Shown here one piece after another: positions 12,359-24,712 of a stretch of DNA of 64,000 bases. Source of the stretch: Felis catus (Eukaryota); contig NC_058368.1 of NCBI RefSeq assembly GCF_018350175.1, positions 137,828,001 through 137,892,000 of the forward strand. Reading direction: 5' to 3'. Made by a program: the position numbers and the translations under genes. The notes below the pieces were generated by a model that saw only the letters and a program-made list of their open reading frames with translations, did no database searches and was not told the DNA's origin. Position 1 is the stretch's first letter. Each line of letters begins with the position of its first letter.

Positions 12359-13457
12359 AGAATTTTACCTGGTCTGAAATTCCTATGAGAGAAGTGGATT
12401 TTCTCTCAATGTAGATTTTAGGTAAATACTTTCCAATTATGTGTAATTTAGATGGACATCTCCATCACCAATGTCTCCTTTGGGCTGTAAATTCATTCTG
12501 ATATTGGGAATACTTACAATGTGATTAGGTGTGAATGGCCTTCGTTGCTTTATAGAGATGTTGAAGATGATTAAAATAACAGAGAACATGATTTTCCACA
12601 TACACTAAATAAAAAGATAAAGTCATTATCTCTAAACTCCCCATGTGATAGTCTAGATCAGTTTAAATGGGTACACTTTGCAGGAGCATTTCTAGAAACT
12701 AGCCTCTGATTTCTCCCGTTGTCCTTCTCAGGGCTACCATGTGATGCTACGTGGTTGGAATAATTTTAGATGATCACTTTGGCTTTAAATTTGAAGTCTA
12801 CTGCATCCTTCTCCCTCTCTGTTAAAACAAATTTTCACATTTTTATTCTCTAATCAGGTCATTTGATGGAGATAATAAGTATAATGAAGTATAAGTATGA
12901 AGATAATGAAGTATAAGCCTGAGATGCATAAATAGACTTGACTTGTTATCCTGCAGTTTATGATCCAAATTCATCCTTGGTGAGGACACAAAAAGTACTG
13001 TGCTACCTCAGGGCCTAATTCACAAAGGCAAAGCCTATGACCCTGAGGACCCAGAATCTTCTGCAAGTTTATCTTCCCAAGACATCTCCGACATCTCAGA
13101 CTTTGTGCCCCATGGGCAGGCAGTGCAGAGTGAAAGTATCTAGGTTCATTTGCCTATAAATGGCAAGTGAAATCCCAAGCGGAAACTCTGGCTGGGATGT
13201 TTCCAATGAAAATCCACTAGAGCAGGGGAAAGGAGGGTTTGCTCCTGTGCTTGCGGAGAAATATCTGGCAACAGCCCCCACCAAGTGCTCCCGGAGAGGA
13301 CTGCTCTGCTCATGACTAGTTCTGTCAGCACAGAATACATGCCACCTTCATGTCCACATAATAAATGAAATGTTACTGTGCTGGGGGGGGTTGGAACTCA
13401 GACTGAGTCAGTTTCCAGGCTGTGGTCAATGTTGCTGTTTTAAACTATAAGAGACCA

Positions 13458-13677
13458 GGGTGCCTGGGTGGCTCAGTCAGTTAAGCATCCGAGTTCAGCT
13501 CAGGTCATGATCTCACAGTTTGTGGGTTTGAGCCCCGCATTGGGCTCTGTGCTGACAGCTCAGAGCCTGGAGCCTGCTTTGGATTCTGTCTCCCTCTCTC
13601 TCTGCCCCTCCGCTGCTCACACTCTGTCTCTCTCTCTCTCTCAAAAATAAATAAACATTAAGAAAAAAGATTTTTAA
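13458..13677 (+). mobile_element. CanSINE
   Basis: Flanking repeat taagagaccagg on both sides; typical body and tail. Confidence 0.95.
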
Positions 13678-14555
13678 TAAAGTGTAAGAGACCAGGAGAA
13701 TTCTTTGCCCTGTCCTCTGTCTGCGAGGCTTGAACACAGTTTTGTTTGTTTGTTTATTTTTCCTTCTTGAACCTAGAGGAGTATTAGTCTGGATTTGTGA
13801 GACAAAATGTCAAGTTATTTACATTTTTAATTCACAAATAGAAGATTTGTACTATAAATTATTGGAACTAGAAAATGTAAGCAAATAGCATATATACTTA
13901 AGAGTAACTCTGCACTCATTTCTAGTTTAAAACCGTTTCTTTAAACCTCATGCCTTTTACATCGTGTTGTTCATTTGTTTGAGAGGTATTTTAATGTTTC
14001 TAACTGCCAGGGCTGTTTCTGAAGGGCCAGAAGTGTTGTTTTAACAGAGTTTCTCCCCGGGTGGTTATGAAAGTGAGCTAGGTTTGTAGTCTCCCCAAAG
14101 CTGACGGGTTAGGGGGCCTCACTTCTGTTTAGCAAGGAAGGCTCGTGTGGAACATTCTGCTGATATGTAGTATAATCTGATGTTAAAGTTTAACAGCTAC
14201 CAGGAAAAAGAAAGTTTTATTGAGTGTTAACAGCAGTGCTGTGGGGTTGTATTCTCAGCAAGGAATTTTTAAAAACACACACGGTAGGAAGATCACAGGA
14301 AGTTCTTCAACAGATCCAATAGTAAGACAGCACCGACTGGGTCAGGAATCAGGCCAGAAGCTCAGGCAGAAGCATCTAGAACTGGGCATCTGACAATGCC
14401 CACAGCAATACAGCCTCCACAAAGTGGCAAGTTTTGCTGAGGCAAGCTCCTGAACAGTGGCAGTTGGTATTTAAACCAATTTGTATCCAAACCGGAGGGA
14501 GACAATGATCCCCCACCCCCCTTTCTCCATAGGTCTGTTTTATTTTCATGCAGGT

Positions 14556-14676
14556 ATTCATTCACTCAACAAACACTTAGGAAGCAGCTGTTATATTCCA
14601 GGCACTGTTCTAGGATTGGGCATTCAGTGATCGAAAGATGTCCCAACTCCTGCCCTATGGCACTTATATTCCAGGG
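14556..14676 (-). mobile_element. L2 3' end fragment
   Basis: ttcattcactcaacaaacactta...ccaggcactgttctagg...cctgccctatgg. Confidence 0.75.
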
Positions 14677-15659
14677 GCACGAACTCAGAGAATGTCAGAA
14701 CTAGAGGCGATCATGATCAGAAGTTACAAACCCAAATGGCTACAGGGGCCAAACCTGGAGTAAAAATGCACAAAAGTAACAGGAAGGGGTGGTAACTAGC
14801 GAACCAGAGTGTATGTCCCCAAAGGCATCCAAATACAGTACAGTTTTTTTCTTTCTTAGTACAATGTACAGTCCGAACAAAATACCTTGGAGCAGGAGAG
14901 GCCTCTCATGGCTGCTATTTGACTCTCAAGCAGCCTCAAACCAGAAATCAAAACCCAGAAAGGATGTGTGCCTTACTCAAGGTCACGTAGCCAGGCAGTG
15001 GCAAAGCTAAAGCCAGAACTCAGCCGCCCTGGTCCAGTGCTGGTTCACTACGCCACGCTCCCTCTGGTTCCACAGCTCAGCAGCTTGAGGCATCTCAGAA
15101 AGTTACTGGCATCTGACATGGTCTTGGGGGACAACTCATTCACTCTCTCAATAATTGTCTATAAAGCTCAAGAGTGTTGAACAAGACCAACATCAGAAAT
15201 GGGCCTCAACCTCCCAGACCTTACGAGCATGCTGCTTCAGCAAACTACACGTATAATCGGCAGGAAACAATAAATCCCTTTTTCTCCTTTGAGCACTTCT
15301 GAGGCAGTAGTTATGACTCCAAGCCCAGATACACACATGTGCTTAACCTGGGGAAGAAATAAATGTAATATCACCTAATTGATATCATGTGTCCTTAAAA
15401 TTAACCTAGCTCAACAATTGGTATACAAAGATTTATTGTAGAACAGTACCTAGGTACGTAGCAGTCGATCAATACAGGCTTGTCAGCCATAAGTATTCAT
15501 GTGTTACGCGCTCTAAACTGCTAAGCAGATACATAAACTTGTTCCCCATTTGGCTACTTTCTAACAGGTTCAGCAGTTGCACAATCAAGTGCCAGGGCTA
15601 CCCATTCACTGCACAAATATTGATGGAATGCCTGCCTACCATGTGTAAGACTTTGGGTG

Positions 15660-15825
15660 AGAGGCGCCTGGGTGGCTCAGTTGGCTAAGCGTCCGACTCT
15701 TGATTTCAGCTCAGGTCATGATCTCAGAGTTGTGGGATGGAGCCCTGTGTTGGCTCTGTGCTGGCTGTGGAGACTGCATAAGATTCCTTGTCTCTCCCTC
15801 TACCCCTCCCCAGCGCTCAGCTCTC
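15660..15825 (+). mobile_element. Older CanSINE whose tail is replaced by a microsatellite
   Basis: gactcttgatttcagctcaggtcatgatctcagagttgtggga...taagattc signature of older SINEC. Confidence 0.9.
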
Positions 15826-16007
15826 GGAAGGAAGGAAGGAAGGAAGGAAGGAAGGAAGGAAGGAAGGAAGGAAGGAAGGAAGGAAGGAAGGAAAAGAAAA
15901 GAAAAGAAAAGAAAAGAAAAGAAAAGAAAAGAAAAGAAAAGAAAAGAAAAGAAAAGAGGAAGAAAGAAAGGAAGAAAGAAAAGGAAAGAAAAGGTAAAAG
16001 AGAAGAG
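15826..16007. repeat. Compound (GGAA)17(GAAAA)13 polypurine tract
   Basis: GGAA units 15826-15893, GAAAA units 15891-15955, then a degenerate purine tail. Confidence 0.97.
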
Positions 16008-16063
16008 ATTACATGTGTTATAGTGCACATGTAAGTGCTATGGTATTCAAGGATTAGTGTTTA

Positions 16064-16283
16064 GAGGTGCCTGGGTGGCTCCGTCAGTCAAGTGTCCAAC
16101 TCCTGATTTAGGCTCAGGTCATGATCTCATGGTTCATGGGATCGAGCCCCGCGTCAGGCTCTGTGCTGACAGCTCAGAGCCTGCTTGTGATTCTCTCTCT
16201 CCCTCTCTCTATGCCCCCCCCCCTGCTCGCACATGTGTGCATATGTGCTCTCTCTGTGTCAAAATAAATAAACTTTTTAAAAA
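16064..16283 (+). mobile_element. CanSINE
   Basis: TSD aaggatta(g/a)tgttta at 16049-16063 and 16284-16298. Confidence 0.95.
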
Positions 16284-17176
16284 AAGGATTAATGTTTATG
16301 AACCAAAGGTAAGTTGGAAACTATTTTTTGCTAAAAGTTTCCAAAGTGTAGCAGAATCCCTTGGAAATAGCTAAAGTTAGGTCTCCTAGGCCAGCAATTC
16401 AGTTCGTACCACCTGCTATAGCTGGAAGTAGAATGGCCAGAGAGGTACGATCCACAGTGATTCATGGGCAATGGCTGATGGTTTGGCTGGATGACCAGGG
16501 ACTTGCAAGGAACATGATTGGACAATTGGTGACAAGGAGATCTGAGGAAGAAGTACGTGGACAGACTTCTCTGAATGGCAGAGGGTGGGTGAGAGATATT
16601 TGTGTCTTAGGTGAATGCTCACAGAAAGGTGACTTCAGGTGGAGAGGATAACCCATTCTGTGGACATCAAGCAGCATCATTCTCCAGCCACTCGTGGCAC
16701 TGCCCAATGGGCTCCTGAACAACATGGCCACAGTAGGAATGAAACGATGAAGGTTACACGTGGACTCAGCAACATGAACTTCCACCTACCAAGCTGCTGA
16801 GTGCCCAAACCTCCAAGAGCCCTTTAGTTCCTAATATGCCACAAATTCCCCAGGGGAATCAGCCAGCTACGTGATGATGAGTTAATTACATTGGACTATT
16901 TCCATAATGCAAGGGGCAGCACTTCATTCTTCCGAGAATGGATGCTTACTCTACCCGCCTGTGATGTTTCTTTCTGAGCTATTATCCACTTACAGAGCAA
17001 CTTATCCACTGCCATGACGTTCTAAACAGCACTGTTTCTGACAAAGGAATTCGTTTCATAACAAATGATGTTGCAGCAATGGACACATGCTCATGATATT
17101 CACTAGTCTTGTCATGCTCCCCATCAGCTTAAAGTAAGTAGTTGGCTTAATGAAATAGTAGAATAGCCTTTTAAAA

Positions 17177-17824
17177 ATTTTTTTTAATTCCAGTATAATT
17201 AACTTACAGTATTATGTTAGTTTCAGGTGTACAATATAATGATTCAACAATTCCACACATTATTCAGTGCTCATCGTGATAAGTGTGCTCTTAATGCCCT
17301 TCACCTATTCCATCCATCCCCCTACCCACCTCCCCTCTGGTAACCATTGCTTTGTTCTCTATAGTTAAGAGTCTGTTTTTTGTCTGTCTTTCTTCCCCCT
17401 TTATTTGTTCATTTTTTTTGTTTGTTTGTTTCTTAAATTCCACATATGAGTGAAATCGTGTGGTATTTGTCTTTCTCTGGCTGACTTCTTTCCCTTAGCA
17501 TTATACCCTCTAGATCCATCTACAGTAAAATCTTGGTTTGTGAGCATAATTCATTCTGGAAACATGCTTGTAATCCAAAGCACTTGTATATCAAAGCGAA
17601 TTTCAAGAACCACTGGCTCAGCTGTGATCAAGTGACATTCGGCATCGTGTACTACTCCTATTGCAAGACATTGCTCGTTTCTCAATTTAAAATTTATCAG
17701 AAATGTTTGCTTGTCTTGCAAACCATTCACAGGACAAGTTACTCGCAAACCAAGGTTTTACTGTATGTTGTGGCAAGTGGCAAGATTTCATTCTCTTTAA
17801 TGGCTGAGTCATGTTCCGTTGTAG
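17177..17824 (-). mobile_element. Carnivore-type L1 3' fragment inserted in the ERVL integrase
   Basis: T-rich tail, gttagtttcaggtgtacaa...cccacctcccctctggtaacca...ccacatatgagtgaaatc; TSD agcctttt(a/g)aa at 17165-17175 and 17825-17835. Confidence 0.92.
17523..17763. mobile_element. 241-bp Tc1/mariner (Tigger/pogo-type) MITE
   Basis: TA TSD at 17521-22 and 17764-65; terminal inverted repeats cagtaaaatcttggtttgtgagca (left) and cagtaaaaccttggtttgcgagta (right, reverse complement); no ORF. Confidence 0.92.
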
Positions 17825-18829
17825 AGCCTTTTGAAGAGGCTATGCCATCAGTTGTGATGGCAGGTAGGTAATAATGCCTTGCAGGGCTGGGACAATGTCC
17901 TCCGGGATCAAATATATGCTCCAAATTGATGTCCAATATATGATGATGTTCCTCCCCTAGTCAGGATTCATGGGTCTGGCAATCAAGGGGTGGGATTACC
18001 CCTAGTGATTCACTAGCAACGTTGCTTTATTTGCACCCCTGCAATTGGGCTCTAGTGGTCTAGGAGTTTTAGCTCAAAAGGAACTAAAGGTGGAAACTGT
18101 TTCCACCAAGGGACACAACAATGATTCCACTGAACTAGTAATTTAGACAACCACCTGAACACGGTGTGTTCCTTGTGCCAGTGGCTTAACGAGCAAAGAA
18201 GAGAAAAATAGAAAAATCACTTGAGCACTATACTGTCTCAAGTGATTGGTCCTGAAAATCATGGGGGAATTTGGATTATTATACCGTAGGGATATAGGAG
18301 ACGCTCTGGGTACCTCTTACCGTTCTTACGTCCTAGGATTAAAGTCCACAGAAAAATGCATCCCAATTCAGGCAGGACCACTAGTGATCCTGAACTTTAG
18401 GAAAGAAGGTTTGAGTTCCCTCCACCAGCCAGGAAACCGCCACCAGCTAAAGTGCTTGCTTAGGGTAAAGGAAATGGGTAGTGGAAGAAAGAAATGATAT
18501 ATATCAGCGATGACCAGGTGACTATTTCATAAACGAGGATTCTCATAGTTTGAGTGTTTCTTCCTCACTTAGATATGTTTGTATATTTATTGACCAAACA
18601 TTTTTGTTTTCTTGCCCTCTCTCATCCCCATAGCACCTGACCTACAACGTGCTGTGTAGTAATTAACTTTATACACCAATATTTAAGTTATGGGGATTGC
18701 GTATCAGCTTTCACCCCAAACCAAAAGAGGGACTTGGTATTCTCTTCCGAGGGAAGTATTACCATGCTTTGGTTGTATGTGTGATGGTGGCATCATGCCA
18801 GGCCGAAGCACAACTTCGTTGTGGTTTTC

Positions 18830-19056
18830 TTTTTAAAATTTTTTTTAATGTTTTATTTATTTTTAAGACAGAGGGAGACAGAGCACGAGCGGGGGGCGGA
18901 GGGGCACAGAGAGAGGGGGAGACACAGAATCCGAAGCAGGCTCCAGGCTCCAAGCTGTCAGCACAGAGCCCGACGTGGGGCTCAAACTCATGAACCGTGA
19001 GATCATGACCCGAGCCGAAGTCGGATGCTCAGCCGACTGAACCACCCAGGCGCCCC
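18830..19056 (-). mobile_element. CanSINE inside ERVL
   Basis: TSD gttgtggttttc at 18818-18829 and 19058-19069. Confidence 0.96.
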
Positions 19057-19129
19057 TGTTGTGGTTTTCATTTGGAGATAAAATATGGCTTAAGGAGCTG
19101 TGAATCATGTGAGCTGACAAAGGGTTGAT

Positions 19130-19686
19130 TGAGGTGGCTTCGCAATGTGTCAATGTGGCTGCACTGACTTCTCTTTCCCAGAGGCTCATCCCTGCATGTT
19201 TCCAGTTAGACTGTGTCACAAGGGAGATTCTCGGGTGAGATTTGGAGGCCAAAAGTGGCTGCCACTGTTGCTGATCTCCTGGTTCGCCCTGTAGGTGTTC
19301 ACAACAGCCAGGCCTGCAACTAGTCCAGCCTTCCCTGACTCTACCTCTCAGCTTCTCTGACTCCTGGGTCACGCATGTGTTAGGTCCATGAAGAACATCA
19401 GCTTGTCCTGCACACACTCCTACCATCCGGGCCAGAGGCGGCCAGAAGGGCCAGCTTGTGCTGTGGGTTCTGCCTTATCCGGCTCTGCTCCACTGTGCAC
19501 CCATCTTGCCTTTCCAACTGTCCACTCTTTGGACTTGAACTTCTAGCATCAGTCGCCAAGATGGCCCTATAAAACCTGTTTAACCAGCTCCCACAATTGC
19601 TTAAGATCAAATCCCTGTAACAGATCCCTTACCACTCATATATCGTCTTGTGCTTTTGCTTCTCTGATTGAACCCTGACTGGTACA
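19130..19686 (+). mobile_element. 3' LTR of the ERVL (MLT2F-like)
   Basis: Begins tgaggtggcttcgcaatgtgtcaa directly after the PPT; ends ttctctgattgaaccctgactggtaca. Confidence 0.85.
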
Positions 19687-20090
19687 GTGGCTTAAAGAAT
19701 AGGGGAGTGTATTTTCTTCACATGTAACCGTTCAAAGGTGAGCAACCCAGGTGGGTGGCCCAGCTTTGCTTCACATGAGCATTTAGGGACCCCAATTCCT
19801 TCCACTGTTTTGTATCATCATCCTAGGACACTATCGTCACCCACCCGGCTACAGCTGTCTCCACACCCAAATTCCAGTGAGCAGAAAGAGACAAGAGGGT
19901 ATAAACTCAACATATAAGACCTGGCCCTGGAGGTGGCACACATCACTTTTGTTCACATTCTGTAAATGAGAACTTCATCACATGGCCTTACCCAACACCG
20001 AGGAAGACTAGAAAATCTATTCTACTGAAGTGGTCATGTGCCCAGAAAGAAAGAGAAAAGGTATTCTGATGAGCAACTAACTTCTTTTAC
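19687..20090 (-). mobile_element. Old MLT1-type LTR fragment
   Basis: gtggcttaaa...cacatcacttttgttcacattctg...tcacatggcc motifs. Confidence 0.55.
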
Positions 20091-21523
20091 TACATGTATA
20101 TAGACTAGTTTTAATTATGTAAATATTACCATGTATAACAGATAATATTAACATATATATTATAAATTATATAATAATATATAATACTATATATGCTACG
20201 TACAATAAAAATACATAATAAAAATAGATAGTATTACGTAATGTGATGCTGACCCCCAAGTCCTAAAAATAGAATAAAAGAACCACTAAAAATGAGCTGA
20301 GTTACACTGCAAACCAAAGCCAGGAGCAGCCAAGTGCAATGAAAAATTGAATTGAATGCTTCCAGATTTCAGCTTTTTTGTGCCAATAAATAAATAAATA
20401 AACTACTACTATAACAACAAACCCCAGGATCCTTCCCAACTAAAAATCATAATTGATTACAAGTTGTTGCCTATAGTATTGAGTTACATTTTGCCTTACC
20501 AACTAAATGCCTCAGTAGTTAAAATGATTTTGTTTGAGATTCACATGGATTAAATAGCCTAGAACACATCCACCCTAGACTTAATCTAAGAGAGAGGAGA
20601 TTTGGTTCAAATGTTGCTTCTCAGCATGTCAGGAAATGTTTTCTTCAATTAAGTAATCTTATTTTAGAGTTAACTCTGTGCCAAGAAAATAAACAATATA
20701 TCTTTCATGAACACATCCACTCTGTTGTATAAAAACTTTTATTTTCTGGGAGGCTGCTCTTGGAATTTGTACACATAATGAGATCAGAGCTGGAAAAATC
20801 CTGTTTTCTTTAGTATTTAATGGCTTTGGAAACTATAAGGGAGCCATGTGACACAGTATATTGACAGAGCTCTGTGAACAAGTGAATATCAAAGATCAAC
20901 AGATAATCTCCCCCCCCCCAAAAAAAAACCCCTGCAGTTTTACAGTAACACTGCATTAAGTACAGTGGGATGTTTCCACTCAATCTTGAGCTGCGTAAAA
21001 ATTAGTTTCAAGAGAATCTGTTGCTGATCACAGACCAAATGCTGTTATGCTTTCAACACATTTTAAGGGATTAAGCATTATGGCTATGGACTTCCAAAGA
21101 TCAAGTTGCAAGAAGGGAAGGCAGGCAAAACCCTGAGGATCCAAGTGCCTGCCTGCCTAAGGGATGGCACTGTGGAAGGCAGAACGCTAAAGGACCCCTT
21201 ATTAGAGGTCTCTGCCCCCACCCCCTGGGATGGTTCTCGCCGGAGGCCTGGAGCAGGAGTTGACTCTCCTGCCCCACCTCCTACTGTTCCCAACATCCTG
21301 TTTCCAACACACTCTGTTATGCTCCAGCAATACCAAATGATTCACACATCCCCACATGTCCAATGCAGCTTCTCTCTTCCGCACTCATGTCTCTACTGTT
21401 CTCCACCATGAAAACTCCTCAGTGTCCTACCACCACTCAGCTCCAGAATCACCTCTTCTCTGAAGGCCAGGCAAGCTAATTATTCTCTCCTCTTCAATGT
21501 TTTTTTCAATATTTTTTTTTTCT

Positions 21524-22280
21524 TCCACCTCACACCTGTCAGAATGGCCAACACTGACAACTCAGGCAACAACAAATGTTGGCGAGGATGCAGAGAGACA
21601 GGATCTCTTTTGCACTCCTGGTGGGAATGCAAGCTGCTGCAGCCACTCTGGAAAACAGTATGGAGGTTCCTCAAAAAATTAAAAATAGAACTACCCTACG
21701 ACCCAGCAATTGCACTACTAGGCATTTATCCAAGGCATACAGGTGTGCTGTTTCAAAGGGACACATGCACCCCCATGTTTCTAGCAGCACTAGCAACAAT
21801 AGCCAAAGTATAGAAAGAGCCCAAATGTCCATCGATGGATGAATGGATAAAGAAGATGTGGTATGTATATACAATGGAGTATTACTCGGCAATCAGAAAG
21901 AATGAAATCTTGCCATTTGCAACTACGTGGATGGAACTGGAGGGTATTATGCTAAGTGAAATTAGTCAGAGAAAGACAAATATCATGACTTCACTCATAT
22001 GAGGACTTTAAGAGACAAAACAGATGAACATAAGGGAAGGGAAACAAAAATAATATAGAAACAGGGAGAGGGACAAAACAGAAGAGACTCACAAATACGG
22101 AGATCAAACTGAGGGTTACTGGAGGGGTTGTGGGAAGGGGGATGGGCTAAATGGGTAAGGGGCACTAAGGAATCTACTCCTGAAATCAGTGTTGCTCTAT
22201 ATGCTAACTAACTTGGATCTAAATTTAAAAAAACTTTTTTTAGTAAATAAATAAAGTAAAATAAGACTGGAAAAAAAAGA
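21524..22280 (+). mobile_element. 5'-truncated felid/carnivore L1 (ORF2 C-terminus plus 3' UTR)
   Basis: HLTPVRMA...[45 protein letters not shown] (ORF2 cysteine-rich region) with an in-frame stop; 3' UTR and A-rich end. Confidence 0.96.
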
Positions 22281-22405
22281 ATGGAGTATACACCACAATT
22301 AACCTATATATAAAAATGATATGTGGAAGTGTAGACTCAAACATGGCAAATATACAGAGGATTTTCTAATAAAAATTCCTAAGAAACAACAACGAAAAAA
22401 GGTTG

Positions 22406-22630
22406 TTTTTTTTTTAATTTTTTTTAACGTTTTATTTATTTTTGAGACAGAGAGAGACAGAGCATGAACGAGGCAGGGGCAGAGAGAGAGGGAGACACAG
22501 AATCAGAAACAGGCTCCAGGCTCTGAGCCATCAGCCCAGAGCCCGACGCGGGGCTCAAACTCACGGACCACGAGATCGTGACCTGAGCTGAAGTCGGACG
22601 CTTTAACCGACTGAGCCACCCAGGCGCCCC
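22406..22630 (-). mobile_element. CanSINE (young felid type)
   Basis: gagccatcagcccagagcccgacgcggggc...ccacccaggcgcccc; flanks aaggtt plus T-run. Confidence 0.96.
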
Positions 22631-22644
22631 AAGGTTTTTTTTTT

Positions 22645-22780
22645 ATCTTACTGTCCTCCCTGCTAATGAGCTTCTGAAAAGCAAGAAGCCCTTTTGATAT
22701 TGTTCATCTTCCATTCTCTTTGCCTGACAGAGCCAGACTCATGGTGGATACATAGTATGTGTTTGTGAAATAAACAAGGA
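22645..22780 (+). mobile_element. L2 3' end (probable continuation of the L2 fragment at about 21310-21490)
   Basis: gagcttctgaaaagcaagaag...gcctgacagagccagactcatggtgg...tgtttgtgaaataaac. Confidence 0.55.
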
Positions 22781-23369
22781 AATGTTAAATCTACAAAAGT
22801 GGGATGAGGGAACTTCCTGATTAGCCAAATGTGGCTCTCTTTTTGACCTAGTAAAGGGCCAGCCCTAGAACTCACCGAGGAAGAAGGAAAGAGAAATCTC
22901 TCTGATCTTTTACATTCTCTCCTCGATCTGTACCTGGGTCAACCAAGACGAATAGTTAGCTTCCCTCATATTTCCTTGGTCACCCATGGAATGCATTAAT
23001 AAGCATTTGCTAGTAGGAACTACCCAGCAAACCCTCCCTCCTTAGAACCACGGTGGTACATTGCCTTTAAGGACATGTGCCGGGGTAAACACTAGGTGAA
23101 ATAGCAGCACAGAAGAAAACTTTCTCAGACCTTCATGGAAGAGCTTTAATCTCTTCAGAAGTAAGAGTTGACTTTGCTTTGCCTAGTTTTTTTTTTGGCT
23201 TTTTGTTTTTTTAAGCACAGTTTAGCCGGAAAATTGGGACAGAGCATGGGAGGTCCAGCCATAACAGACTCATCAGGCCCATATGCACTGTTCCATCACC
23301 CTCAATGACTGTTCCATGGACCTCTCCAAGAGGTAGTGACCAAGATGAAGAGCAAAGAACCCTGGGATG

Positions 23370-23480
23370 TGGATCAGGAGAACTGTGGCTAAGACCCGGC
23401 TCTGCAACTATGTGTGCAACCTTTGGCCATCCTCCTACTTCCTTGGGCCTCAGTTTTCTCACCTTTGAATGGGAGCTACA
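23370..23480 (+). mobile_element. MIR fragment
   Basis: cccggctctgcaacta...gggcctcagttttctcacctttgaatggg. Confidence 0.7.
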
Positions 23481-23744
23481 ATATCCAATCAACTACTGGA
23501 TCATGAGGTGCTCAGCTTTGAAAAAGTTAGCTCCCACCAAATCTTTTGAAATTTAAAAATGCCATACCACTGCAAGGCTTGCCTCCTACTTCTCCCTTGT
23601 GAATACTCTACCTGTCAGCCACCTGGACTTTTCACTAGCCCATAAACACACTGTGTACACCCACATCCTGCCCCCCACCAGCTTCCTTTCACCTATGGTA
23701 CAATTTTCCTCCATTAAAATTCTCCTGCTTGGCTAACATAGCCC

Positions 23745-24258
23745 ACGACATCATGCAGACATCAGGTATCCCCTGACATGGTGTGATCAAAAGGAACTCC
23801 TCTGTGATGTCCTTTCCCAGAACTCATAACTCTGTTCTACCACGAGAAAAACATCAGACAAACCCAGACTGGGGGACACGTCATGTGGCCAGTACTCCTC
23901 AAGACTCTCAAGGTCGTGAAAATAAGCAAAGACTGAGAAACTGTATCAGACCAGAGAAGACTGAAGAGCCCTGACAACTAAATGCAATGTGGTCCCCTCA
24001 CATGGATCCTGAAACAGAAAGAGGACAGTGACAGAAGAATTGGTGACATCCCTAAAAGTGTGGCGTGTCGGCAATAGCGACGTATCAATATGTCAACGTA
24101 TCAATGTTGGCTTCTTAGTTTTATCAAGTGTACCGTGGAAATGTAAGACGTGAAGAATGAGGAAAACCAAGCGAGACATGTGTGAGAGCACTTCGTGCAA
24201 TTTTTATAACTTTCTGTGCATTTAAACTTAGTCTAGAATTTAAAAATGTATTAAATAA
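23745..24258 (+). mobile_element. Ancient L1 (L1MC/ME-type) 3' UTR fragment
   Basis: aaacatcagacaaaccca...gactgagaaactg...gacaactaaatgcaatgtg...ggatcctgaaacagaaagaggaca. Confidence 0.8.
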
Positions 24259-24497
24259 AATTCCACACTTCCCCTTCAAGCTTCATCCAAATACCCCCTC
24301 CCCACCCTCGTGGTGCCTTACCGAATCCTCCATTTAGCTGTGACCTTTCCTTCTTCTAAACCCTTCTGGTACGTTGCTTCCTCCTTAAACGACATTCTAT
24401 ACGTTACAGTGTTTGTGTACTGTTCAACACCCTCCCCCACACACTCATAAATATGCACATACTGATTTGCAAGCAACTTGAAGGTGATTTTTTTTTT

Positions 24498-24712
24498 AAT
24501 TTTTTTTTTCAACGTTTATTTATTTTTGGGACAGAGAGAGACAGAGCATGAACGGGGGAGGGGCAGAGAGAGAGGGAGACACAGAATCGGAAACAGGCTC
24601 CAGGCTCTGAGCCATCAGCCCAGAGCCCGACGCGGGGCTCGAACTCACGGACCGCAAGATCGTGACCTGGCTGAAGTCGGACGCTTAACCGACTGCGCCA
24701 CCCAGGCGCCCC
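24498..24712 (-). mobile_element. Very young felid CanSINE
   Basis: Diagnostic GGCGCAG, TCAGCCAGG and TGTCCCAAAA; TSD gaaggtgattttttttt starting at 24480 and 24713. Confidence 0.97.

Larger units (their letters stand above)
16420..19129 (+). mobile_element. ERV-L internal fossil (RNase H, integrase, dUTPase remnants), 5'-truncated
   Basis: 16459-16578 reads DSWAMADGLAG*PGTCKEHDWTIGDKEI*GRSTWTDFSEW (ERV-L RNase H). Integrase remnants VNYIGLFP*CKGQHFIL and VSDKGIRF. 18100-18162 reads FPPRDTTMIPLN**FRQPPEH (dUTPase). Polypurine-tract-like gacaaagggttga precedes the LTR. Confidence 0.92.

Noticed and set aside
12881..12917. Short direct repeat ataatgaagtataag (two copies)
   Set aside because: Simple slippage duplication with no further structure.
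15657..16034. Lys/Arg/Glu-rich and Phe/Ser/Leu-rich ORFs
   Set aside because: Translations of the (GGAA)n(GAAAA)n tract.
21544..21813. L1 ORF2 peptides (also 52729-52971) as functional CDS
   Set aside because: 5'-truncated retrocopies without promoter, endonuclease or RT domains; the first has an in-frame stop.
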